Source: an uncultured bacterium (GTDB lineage: Bacteria > Macinerneyibacteriota > Macinerneyibacteria > Macinerneyibacteriales > DSCS01). Taken from it: a DNA stretch of 19,754 nt. This document shows positions 1 through 7,578 of this stretch, piece after piece (position 1 is the stretch's first letter; every line of letters begins with the position of its first letter). A program made the translations under genes and the position numbers. Below the pieces are notes generated by a model. It did not search any database, was not told where the DNA came from, and saw only the letters and a program-made list of their open reading frames with translations. The stretch covers positions 1 to 19,754 of the forward strand of contig CAZJQC010000006.1 of the NCBI GenBank assembly GCA_964548195.1, written 5' to 3'.

Positions 1-578
1 AGCGTCTCGATCTTGCCGCGCTGGGAGACCGAGGTTGCGCAGTCCAGGACGAAGGGAAATTCCTCGTCCGTGGGTATGCCGAATGTCATGGGATTTGTGC
101 CCATCATGTTCTCCACGCCGAACGTGGGGGCGATGGAGGGGCGCGCGTTTGTGCCTGTTATGCCTATCATGTCGTGTTCTATAGCCATGAGCGGCCAGTA
201 GCCGGCTATGCCGTAATGGTTCGAGTTCCGCACGGCCACCATGCCTATGCCGTATTTTTTCGCCTTGTCGATGGCCATGGTCATGGCTTTATGTGAGACG
301 ACCTGCCCCATGCCGTTGTTGCCGTCCAGTACAGCGGTGGCGGGGGCTTCGCGGACTATGTCGATCTTTGTGACGGGATTGATCTGCCCGGTTTTTATGC
401 GGTCTATGTATATGGGTTTGAACCTGCCTATGCCGTGGGAATCAATGCCCCGCTTGTCAGATGTTATGAGTACGTTTGCGCAGATCTCCGCATCCTTTTC
501 GGGGATGCCTATCTTTGTGAAGACTTCTTTCATGAATGTTTCAAGCAGGTCGAAATCGACCCATGTGATATTGTCCAT
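1..578 (-). CDS. Ldh_2-family (malate/L-lactate/L-sulfolactate-type) oxidoreductase, 3' end beyond the window
   Basis: Not in the ORF track. Manual translation from ATG 578 (AAGGAG RBS at 585-590): MDNITWVDFDLLETFMKEVF...SDKRGIDSHGIGRF...AVLDGNNGMGQVV...GIGMVAVRNSNHYGIAGYW...GTNP...FVLDCATS. The GxxSHG, DGxxGxG, SNHYG and GTNP motifs are typical of Ldh_2. No stop before position 1. Confidence 0.9.
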   Translation of the reverse strand, partial: MDNITWVDFDLLETFMKEVFTKIGIPEKDAEICANVLITSDKRGIDSHGIGRFKPIYIDRIKTGQINPVTKIDIVREAPATAVLDGNNGMGQVVSHKAMTMAIDKAKKYGIGMVAVRNSNHYGIAGYWPLMAIEHDMIGITGTNARPSIAPTFGVENMMGTNPMTFGIPTDEEFPFVLDCATSVSQRGKIET

Positions 579-600
579 ATGCGGCTCCTTTGTTTCATAT

Positions 601-628
601 ATCTTAATTCATAAATACCTTTTTTCAA
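601..628 (-). promoter_or_regulatory. Putative sigma70-type promoter for the Ldh_2 gene
   Basis: Minus strand TTGAAA (628-623), 16 nt, TAAGAT (606-601), just upstream of the RBS. Confidence 0.45.
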
Positions 629-695
629 GCAATAAGAATATTAAGGCCGCCGGGCGGTTAAGATCCATCATCCGGGATGCCGTGTTTTTATTCTC

Positions 696-723
696 TTGAA
701 AATATTTCTTCCGTGTGTATTTT
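696..723 (+). promoter_or_regulatory. Putative sigma70-type promoter for tex
   Basis: TTGAAA (696-701), 16 nt, TATTTT (718-723). RBS GGAGGGAG at 750-757. Confidence 0.4.
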
Positions 724-761
724 AATACGTAAGATTTGAAATCAAAAACGGAGGGAGACCG

Positions 762-2921
762 ATGGATATCAACAGTCTGATCGCGAAGGATACGGGACTT
801 GACGCAAAACGGGTCGGAAGCACGGTGTCGCTTCTGGAAGAGGGAAACACCGTCCCGTTTATATCGAGATATAGAAAAGAGGTCACGGGCAACCTCACCG
901 AGACGGAGGTGCGGGCCGTTTCCGAGAAATATGAGTTTTTCAAGGAGCTTCAGGCGCGTAAGGAATATATACTGCAGACGATTGAAAAGCAGGAGAGACT
1001 TACAGATGAATTGAGGAATAAGATAGATAACTGCTATGACAGGAACGAGCTTGAGGACCTCTATCTGCCGTACAAGCCCAAAAGGCGCACGAAAGCGCAG
1101 GTGGCGAGGGAAGCCGGTTTCGAGCCTCTTGCCGGTATCATTCTCGCGCAGGAGCTTACAGCCGGGGACAGGCAGGCGATTGCCCTGGAATACGCCAATG
1201 AGGAGAAGTCCATCCTTTCGTATGAGGATATCATGGAGCAGGCTTTGTACATAGTCGCGGAGGAGATCAACCACGACAGCGCGCTGCGCAGGGACCTCAG
1301 GACGCATTATATCGGCGAAGCCATTATCTCGTCCGAGAGAAAAGAGGACAGTGCGGATGAAAAGGGCATATTCCTGGATTATTATGAATACAGCGAGCCG
1401 CTTAAGGAAATAAAATCGCACAGGCTGCTTGCGTTGAACCGCGGTGAAAAGGCGGGTGTGCTGCGTATAAGCGTCGATGTGGATGAGGACCGTGTCCTGT
1501 CGATTATCAGAAAACATATTAAAAAGGGCAATGGCGGATTGTTCGCAGAGGAACTGGACGAAGGCATGGAGCTTGCTTATTTTGCGTATCTTCACCCTTC
1601 GCTATCAAACGAAGTACGCACCCACTATTCGGAGGAAGCGGAGAGCGTTGCGATAGACGTATTTGAACGGAACCTTGATTCCCTGCTCATGGGGAGTCCG
1701 GCTTCGGACAGAAACATCATGGGCATAGACCCCGGACTGAGAACCGGCTCGAAGATAGCGATACTCGACAGGACCGGCAAGTACATAGCGAGCGCGGTCG
1801 TAAAGACATTGTCGGAGTCGGGTCTGGCCGATGCGGAGTCCAGGATCAGGGAACTTGTGGATAAATACGGCATCACACTGGCGGCTGTCGGCAACGGCAA
1901 AGGGTCCAAGGAGATGGCGGCCATGGTAAGGCGCATCATGAAAAGCCTTAAAAGCGAGGGCAGGACACTTGACATGGTCATAGTGAACGAAAGCGGGGCT
2001 TCCATATATTCGGCCTCTCCTCTTGCGGTGAAAGAATTCCCCGACCTTGATGTCACGATAAGGGGCGCGATCAGCATCGCGAGGAGAATACACGACCCCT
2101 TGTCGGAATTTGTGAAAATAGACCCGAAATCATTGGGCGTGGGACAGTATCAGCATGATGTCGACCAGAAAGAGCTGAAGCGCAGGCTTGACATGGTGGT
2201 CACAAGCGTGGTGAACAAGGTCGGAGCCGACCTGAATACCGCGTCCGTGCCGCTGTTGTCGTATATTTCAGGACTTTCAAAGAAAAACGCCGAAGAGATC
2301 GTGGCATACAGGGATGTGAACGGGGGGTTCAATGACCTGAGTCAGATCAGGAAGATAAAGGGCGTGGGTGAGAAGACGTTTGAACAGAGCGCCGGCTTTC
2401 TGCGTATCAGGGGCGGTGCTAACCCGCTTGACGCGACGTCAATACATCCCGAACGATATTCGGATGTGATGATGATATGTGAAAACGAGGGGTATGAACT
2501 GGATCGCCTTCTTTCGGACGAGGACGCGGTCAAGGCCATAGACCCGTCCGTATATGCGGCCTCCATAGGCGAATACACGTTCAATGACATACTGGAGGAA
2601 TTGAAAAAACCGGGCAGGGATGTGCGAAGCGAATTCGAGCCCGTCCCGTATGACGACACGGTGGAATCGATTAACGACCTTAGCGTGGGCATGGTCCTCC
2701 CGGGCGTCATCGGCAATATCACGAACTTCGGCATGTTTGTGGACCTGGGCGTGGGCGTGAGCGGTCTGTGCCATATATCGCAGGCAGCGGACACCTTCGT
2801 AAAGGACCTGAACGATGTGTTCCGGGTGGGCGACAGATTTGATTTTACCGTTATAGCCGTCGACCTTGAAAGACAACGCATATCGTTGTCTCTGAAAAAG
2901 GCGGGCGCGGGGCGCAAATAG
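762..2921 (+). CDS. tex: Tex-family RNA-binding transcription accessory protein (YqgF, HhH and S1 domains)
   Basis: 719 aa with LLEEGNTVPFISRYRKEVTG, LEDLYLPYKPKRRTKA, SHRLLALNRGEK, IMGIDPGLRTGSK, VNESGASIYSAS, KIDPKSLGVGQYQHDV, HhH repeats and a C-terminal S1 domain (NITNFGMFVDLGVGVSGLCHIS). Confidence 0.97.
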   Translation: MDINSLIAKDTGLDAKRVGSTVSLLEEGNTVPFISRYRKEVTGNLTETEVRAVSEKYEFFKELQARKEYILQTIEKQERLTDELRNKIDNCYDRNELEDLYLPYKPKRRTKAQVAREAGFEPLAGIILAQELTAGDRQAIALEYANEEKSILSYEDIMEQALYIVAEEINHDSALRRDLRTHYIGEAIISSERKEDSADEKGIFLDYYEYSEPLKEIKSHRLLALNRGEKAGVLRISVDVDEDRVLSIIRKHIKKGNGGLFAEELDEGMELAYFAYLHPSLSNEVRTHYSEEAESVAIDVFERNLDSLLMGSPASDRNIMGIDPGLRTGSKIAILDRTGKYIASAVVKTLSESGLADAESRIRELVDKYGITLAAVGNGKGSKEMAAMVRRIMKSLKSEGRTLDMVIVNESGASIYSASPLAVKEFPDLDVTIRGAISIARRIHDPLSEFVKIDPKSLGVGQYQHDVDQKELKRRLDMVVTSVVNKVGADLNTASVPLLSYISGLSKKNAEEIVAYRDVNGGFNDLSQIRKIKGVGEKTFEQSAGFLRIRGGANPLDATSIHPERYSDVMMICENEGYELDRLLSDEDAVKAIDPSVYAASIGEYTFNDILEELKKPGRDVRSEFEPVPYDDTVESINDLSVGMVLPGVIGNITNFGMFVDLGVGVSGLCHISQAADTFVKDLNDVFRVGDRFDFTVIAVDLERQRISLSLKKAGAGRK

Positions 2922-2925
2922 TGTT

Positions 2926-2970
2926 AAAAAATCGTCCTCCGCGCCGGAAACGGCGCGGCACGGGCGCTTT
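2926..2970. terminator. GC-rich hairpin after tex, probable (possibly bidirectional) terminator
   Basis: CCGCGCCG-GAAA-CGGCGCGG (2939-2958) with extra CGTCC/GGGCG pairing. A6 run on the left (U-tract for the minus strand) and CTTT on the right. Confidence 0.55.
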
Positions 2971-3068
2971 CGCTTGTATGCGGCGCCGCGCTGGGAAGCA
3001 TATATTGTACCCTGTGTCATAAGATGCTGTAATCAGGCAAGTTATGACGGCGGGGATCAAAAAAAGAC

Positions 3069-3096
3069 TTGACATGATTGGGACGGCTGTTAGAAT
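3069..3096 (+). promoter_or_regulatory. Near-consensus sigma70-type promoter for the M23 gene
   Basis: TTGACA (3069-3074), 16 nt, extended -10 TG-T-TAGAAT (3088-3096). Confidence 0.65.
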
Positions 3097-3107
3097 GATT
3101 GCTGTAT

Positions 3108-4040
3108 ATGATAAAAAAACTGTTTAACAAGTATCTTACATTTATTGTATTGCCTCACGATGAGGTGGGCGCCAGGCAGAAACGGCTTAGTTATGGTGTT
3201 CTTGCCATAGTTTTGTTGATACTGCTGGTCTCTGTTGTATCGTTTTTTGCGGTAGTCATTGACTATAACAACAAATCGATGGACAAGGCGACCTTTGAGA
3301 AGCTTGTTTACGAGAACAGCATCCTGAAGGAGCGTTACCGCGCGCTGAAGAAGAACAGCACCCTGAACAAAGAGACTATCATGGAAGTGCTTGACACCAT
3401 GGACAATCTGCTGATCGTGAACAACCTGCCTCCCACGTCGAATGTAATAAAGGAAGTGGGAATAGGCGGGCTCGAGAGTCCTCTCGCGGACGATAACATG
3501 TTCATAATGGATCCCGAGTTCAAGAAAGAGATCGAGGACATAGGCACGATGATAGTCAGCACTGAGAAGCGTGTTGAACTGGCCAAGAAATTATTGATGA
3601 AAGTCTCTTCCAGCAACAAGCTGAACACGGAGATGTGGGACAACATACCCACCACATGGCCTGTGTACGGCTGGATCACTTCGGGTTTCGGGACGCGCAT
3701 TTCGCCCATGACGGGCAAGCGCGAGTTTCATCCCGGTCTTGACATCGCGCAGACCATCGGCACGGAGATCATAGCCCCTGCCGACGGCGTGGTGAAATAT
3801 GCGGGCACCCGTACCGGATGGGGCAAGACAATACTTGTTGAGCATGAATACGGCATTATGACGAGATATGCGCATCTTGATTCCATAAAGGTCTCCATAT
3901 ATCAGCGGGTAAAAAAGGGCGACATCATAGGCCGTGTCGGCAATACCGGTTATTCCATAGGGCCGCATCTCCATTATGAGATTAGGGTTTACGGCACGCC
4001 GGTGGATCCCATGAACTATATACTCACCCGCAAAGACTGA
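3108..4040 (+). CDS. Membrane-anchored M23 (LytM) peptidoglycan endopeptidase with coiled-coil linker
   Basis: N-terminal TM helix (VLAIVLLILLVSVVSFFAVVI), coiled-coil-like linker, then PTTWPVYGWITSGFG, HPGLD (HxxxD), TRYAHL and GPHLHYEI (HxH). ATG 3108 preferred over TTG 3099 because of the promoter position. Confidence 0.92.
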   Translation: MIKKLFNKYLTFIVLPHDEVGARQKRLSYGVLAIVLLILLVSVVSFFAVVIDYNNKSMDKATFEKLVYENSILKERYRALKKNSTLNKETIMEVLDTMDNLLIVNNLPPTSNVIKEVGIGGLESPLADDNMFIMDPEFKKEIEDIGTMIVSTEKRVELAKKLLMKVSSSNKLNTEMWDNIPTTWPVYGWITSGFGTRISPMTGKREFHPGLDIAQTIGTEIIAPADGVVKYAGTRTGWGKTILVEHEYGIMTRYAHLDSIKVSIYQRVKKGDIIGRVGNTGYSIGPHLHYEIRVYGTPVDPMNYILTRKD

Positions 4041-4051
4041 TAATAATTCGC

Positions 4052-4080
4052 TTGATAATCACTTAGAATCTGTTTATATT
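4052..4080 (+). promoter_or_regulatory. Putative promoter for arcA
   Basis: TTGATA (4052-4057), 17 nt, TATATT (4075-4080). RBS GGAGGGG just before ATG 4148. Confidence 0.5.
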
Positions 4081-4147
4081 TTGTCCGTAAGCGGAATCGT
4101 ATGTTTTTTTAGATTCGTAATCATTATAAAACAGATCGGGAGGGGAT

Positions 4148-5407
4148 ATGAAGGACAGGGTATCCATTCATTCGGAAATCGGAAAACTTGAGAAAGTCAT
4201 CATACATTCGCCGGGCTTCGAGGTCGAGGAGATGACCCCGAAGACAGCGTCGCAGGTGTTGTACAATGATATATTGCCGCTGCCTGTAATTGCGGAAGAC
4301 CATCGCGAGCTCAAGGAAATACTGAAAAAAGTCACAAAGGTATATGAGGTGAAGGACCTTCTGACGGCCGTATTAAAGAATACGGCGGTAAAAAAGGAGT
4401 TTATTGACGTCATCTGCAAATTCATACCGACGCTGAAGAGACGGCGTGAGGAGCTTGACAATATGAGCGCGGCGGCGATGGCAAACGGCGTTATTGTGGG
4501 TATGAAGGAAAAAAAAGACAATCTTGCAAGATTTTTGAGCGAGAACATCTTTGTATTGCCTCCGCTTCCCAATCTTTACTTCATGAGGGACAGCGCGATA
4601 GTCGTGGGCGACAAGGTGATAACCGGGTCCATGGCGAACAGAGTGCGCATAATGGAGGCGATCATAGCCACATTCATATACAGATATCATCCGGAGCTCA
4701 AGTCCGAGGGTTTTATCTTTGACGGGATCGAGGATGACAGAGGCGGAAAAGTGACCATAGAGGGCGGCGACCTTCTCGTGCTCAGGGAGGATGTCCTTGC
4801 CATAGGCATATCGGAGAGAACGAACGCCGAAAGCATAGACCTGATCACCGAGAGCATATCCAGGGATGTCAAGGGGCCGTTCACGATATTCGCGGTGATG
4901 CTGCCGTTGGAGAGGGCGACCATACATCTTGACATGGTATTTACCATGGTGGACAGAGACAGATGCGTAATACACCGTCCGTATGTCATGGGCCAGGGCC
5001 GGCTGCCGGTGGTGAAGATATCGATAGACCCGGGCAAGGAAAACAAGTATGAATATGTGGATGACCTTCTTACCGGCCTTCGGACGGTCGGAATGGATCT
5101 TAACCCCATAATATGCGGAGGCGACATCCCTTTGTATCAGGAAAGGGAACAATGGCTTTCCGGAACGAACTTCTTCGCCTTTGAGCCCGGCAAGTTCATC
5201 GGTTACGACTGCAATGTCAAGACGATGGAAGCCATATCCAAAGCAGGTTATGAGGTGAAGCATGCCCGGGAGTTTTTATCGGGAGCGGCTGATATAAAGG
5301 ACTATAAAAAACTTGTGATAGGCATTGACGGGGCCGAGCTTGCGCGCGGCGGCGGCGGTGTGAGGTGCATGACCATGCCCGCAAAAAGGGAAAGGGTGAA
5401 ATGGTAA
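4148..5407 (+). CDS. arcA: Arginine deiminase
   Basis: 419 aa with SEIGKLEKVIIHSPG, PLPNLYFMRD, IEGGD, IGISERT, IHLDMVF and the catalytic Cys in ELARGGGGVRCMTMP. Confidence 0.93.
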   Translation: MKDRVSIHSEIGKLEKVIIHSPGFEVEEMTPKTASQVLYNDILPLPVIAEDHRELKEILKKVTKVYEVKDLLTAVLKNTAVKKEFIDVICKFIPTLKRRREELDNMSAAAMANGVIVGMKEKKDNLARFLSENIFVLPPLPNLYFMRDSAIVVGDKVITGSMANRVRIMEAIIATFIYRYHPELKSEGFIFDGIEDDRGGKVTIEGGDLLVLREDVLAIGISERTNAESIDLITESISRDVKGPFTIFAVMLPLERATIHLDMVFTMVDRDRCVIHRPYVMGQGRLPVVKISIDPGKENKYEYVDDLLTGLRTVGMDLNPIICGGDIPLYQEREQWLSGTNFFAFEPGKFIGYDCNVKTMEAISKAGYEVKHAREFLSGAADIKDYKKLVIGIDGAELARGGGGVRCMTMPAKRERVKW

Positions 5408-6291
5408 AAAAAGCGGTTTTGTCCTTTGTCCTGTTTTGCGCCGCTTTTGGGGTGTCGGCTGCGGACACGGCAGGTTTTTTCAGGGAGCTTAACGCAATAG
5501 GCCCCCATCCGCCGGGCAGCCGGGCGCATGCTGAGGCCAGGGATTATATTTACCGGACGCTGAAAGGGTTCGGAGCCGAAACGGAAATAGAAGAATTTTA
5601 TTATGAAAACGACTATGAAGGCTATATAAAAGGCTACAATATCATTGCGCGGTTCGGAAGTCAGGGCAGCCCCGCCGCAGGTTTCGCGACACACTGGGAC
5701 ACCCGGCCTGTCGCCGACAGGGACCCCGATCCGGCCAGGCGCGACATGCCCATCGCGGGCGCAAACGACGGCAATTCCTCGACCGCGGTGCTGCTTGCGC
5801 TGGCAAAAAGGCTGTCTGTGACCGGCGTCGGGGGAGGGTACGGCGCGATACTGTATTTTTTCGACGCGGAAGACAGCGGAAAGACGTCCTCCGGGTTCTG
5901 CAGGGGCTCGGATCATCATGTCAGATACGGCCTGGAAAAGGATCTGGCTTTCGGCGTACTGATAGACATGATAGGCGACCGTGACCTGAGCATCCCGATG
6001 GAACGTTTTTCATATAGCCATGCCCGTGTTTTGTGTGAGAATATCTGGAGATATGCGCGGGAAGAGAAAGGCTATTATTTTTTCCGGGACCGCACGGGTC
6101 CGGCCATTACTGACGACCATCTGCCTTTTCTCGCCGCCGGCATACCGTTTGTGGATATAATAGACCTTGATTACGATCACTGGCATACGACGGAGGATAC
6201 GGCTGACAAGTGTTCCACGGAGAATATGGATAAGATACTGGAACTTCTGACGGACATAGCCGAAGACCCCGAGCGCTTTATGGGGCGCTGA
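5401..6291 (+). CDS. Secreted M28-family metalloenzyme, type II glutaminyl-cyclase-like
   Basis: ATG 5401 gives a signal peptide MVKKAVLSFVLFCAAFGVSA. Motifs HWDTRP, GANDG, FFDAED, IDMIGD, TDDHLPF and WHTTED. Overlaps the arcA stop by 7 nt. Confidence 0.85.
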   Translation: MVKKAVLSFVLFCAAFGVSAADTAGFFRELNAIGPHPPGSRAHAEARDYIYRTLKGFGAETEIEEFYYENDYEGYIKGYNIIARFGSQGSPAAGFATHWDTRPVADRDPDPARRDMPIAGANDGNSSTAVLLALAKRLSVTGVGGGYGAILYFFDAEDSGKTSSGFCRGSDHHVRYGLEKDLAFGVLIDMIGDRDLSIPMERFSYSHARVLCENIWRYAREEKGYYFFRDRTGPAITDDHLPFLAAGIPFVDIIDLDYDHWHTTEDTADKCSTENMDKILELLTDIAEDPERFMGR

Positions 6292-6327
6292 CGCCGGAAG
6301 CGGAGTTTTTAGAGAATTTGCTCATTG

Positions 6328-6362
6328 CGGGCGGAGGGATGTGTCTCCGCCCGTTTTTTTTT
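6328..6362 (+). terminator. Rho-independent terminator for arcA-M28, between convergent genes
   Basis: CGGGCGGAG-8 nt loop-CTCCGCCCG (6328-6353) followed by 9 T (6354-6362). Confidence 0.85.
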
Positions 6363-6367
6363 GGATG

Positions 6368-7342
6368 TCAGTGTGACAATATGTAGTCGTATGCGGCCAG
6401 GGCCGCTTTGGCGCCGTCTCCGGCGGAGATGACGATCTGTTTAAAAGGCACGTCGGTGACGTCTCCGGCTGCGAATATTCCGGCCACCGAGGTCGCGCCG
6501 TGTTTGTCCGTGATGATCTCACCGGTGTCGTTCATGTCGAGCAGCCCCTTCAGGAAATCGGTGTTCGGGAGCAGCCCTATTTCGACGAATAATCCGTCAA
6601 GGGCCACTTCTCTCTCTTCGCCTGTGAGCCTGTTGCGTATCAGCGCTGATTTCAGGCTGAGATCGCCTTTGCATTCCGCGACCATGGTGTTGAAGTTTAT
6701 CTCCAGTTTTTCCATATAAGGTTTGATCTTTTCCCGCACCACGTGATCCGCGGTGAAATCCTCAAGGAACTGGAATATGTGGACTTTTTTCGCGATCTTC
6801 GCCAGGTCTATTATTGCTTCGATCGCCGAGTTTCCGCCTCCGACCACGGCGACGGTCTTTCCGCCGTACAGCGGCGCGTCGCAGGTGGCGCAGTAGGCCA
6901 CTCCTCTTCCGGTGAATTGCTCCTCGCCCGGCACGCCCATCGGGCGTGATCTTTTGCCCGTGGCCACGATGACGGTCCTGCCCGTGAAGATGCTGTCGTC
7001 GTCCGTGGCCACCGAAAAGAGTTTGTCCTTTTTCTCGATGGACCTGACATGCACGAACTCGTATGTCTCCACGTTATATTTAAGCATATGTTCTTTCCAG
7101 GCATCGGCCATATCGGGCCCCATTATCATGGGTGTGCCGATATAGTTTTCCACTTCGGACGTGCTGAGCACCTGGCCTCCGAAGTCAAAGGTGACTATGC
7201 CTGTTTTCAGCCCTTTTCTGGCTGCGTACAATGCGGCGTTCATCCCTGCCGGTCCGCCGCCGACCACGATCACGTCGTATATTATCTTGGGGTCCATCAT
7301 CTTTACCGTCGCGGTCGAGGGAAGTTTAACATCAAAATCCAT
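6368..7342 (-). CDS. trxB: Thioredoxin-disulfide reductase family flavoprotein (TrxB/AhpF C-terminal-like)
   Basis: ATG 7342 with GGAGGT RBS. Motifs YDVIVVGGGPAG, VIVATG, GRGVAYCATCD (CxxC), VVGGGNSA, TSVAGIFAAGDV and QIVISAGDG. Confidence 0.9.
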   Translation of the reverse strand: MDFDVKLPSTATVKMMDPKIIYDVIVVGGGPAGMNAALYAARKGLKTGIVTFDFGGQVLSTSEVENYIGTPMIMGPDMADAWKEHMLKYNVETYEFVHVRSIEKKDKLFSVATDDDSIFTGRTVIVATGKRSRPMGVPGEEQFTGRGVAYCATCDAPLYGGKTVAVVGGGNSAIEAIIDLAKIAKKVHIFQFLEDFTADHVVREKIKPYMEKLEINFNTMVAECKGDLSLKSALIRNRLTGEEREVALDGLFVEIGLLPNTDFLKGLLDMNDTGEIITDKHGATSVAGIFAAGDVTDVPFKQIVISAGDGAKAALAAYDYILSH

Positions 7343-7385
7343 ATACACCTCCGGGTCGTCTGTTAAATGATTGTCGTATAGTGCT

Positions 7386-7414
7386 ATTATAATGCGCGTC
7401 CCCCTTTTTGTAAA
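7386..7414 (-). promoter_or_regulatory. Putative promoter for trxB
   Basis: Minus strand TTTACA (7414-7409), 17 nt, TATAAT (7391-7386). Confidence 0.6.
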
Positions 7415-7492
7415 GACAAATGTATAACAATATAAGAAAAACCTTATATTCATAATTGATTAATATTGTTAGGTTTCCGCACGAAAGAGGGC

Positions 7493-7539
7493 CAATGAAA
7501 CTAAATATTCATTGACATTTTAATGTCTTTCCTTATACT
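7493..7539 (+). promoter_or_regulatory. Promoter of the membrane-protein operon with overlapping inverted repeats
   Basis: TTGACA (7512-7517), 16 nt, TATACT (7534-7539). Inverted repeats CAATGAA-N8-TTCATTG (7493-7514) and GACATT-TT-AATGTC (7514-7527). Confidence 0.65.
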
Positions 7540-7578
7540 TTGTTAGTATTTCATATGTTTGTCGATCAAGGAGGTAAT

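Noticed and set aside
641..679. Short GC-rich palindromes between the divergent Ldh_2 and tex promoters
   Set aside because: Short and single-copy, matching no operator I know; too weak to call.
13..699. Plus-strand ORFs 13-201 and 241-699
   Set aside because: Antisense shadows of the minus-strand Ldh_2 gene, which has an RBS and family motifs.
609..3075. Long minus-strand ORFs opposite tex (e.g. 328, 193 and 191 aa)
   Set aside because: No recognisable motifs or RBS; expected antisense ORFs opposite a highly conserved gene.
4041..4147. Possible ARG box or FNR/ArcR site upstream of arcA
   Set aside because: TTGAT at 4052 has no matching ATCAA half-site at the right spacing, and there is no convincing ARG-box palindrome.
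4373..5919. Minus-strand ORFs of 296 and 205 aa
   Set aside because: Shadows of the arcA and M28 genes.
7343..7578. AT-rich segment as a possible origin or horizontally acquired island, and ORF-track N-terminal extensions to 7453 and 7540
   Set aside because: Explained by two divergent promoters. No DnaA-box array is visible, and the downstream starts have much better RBSs.
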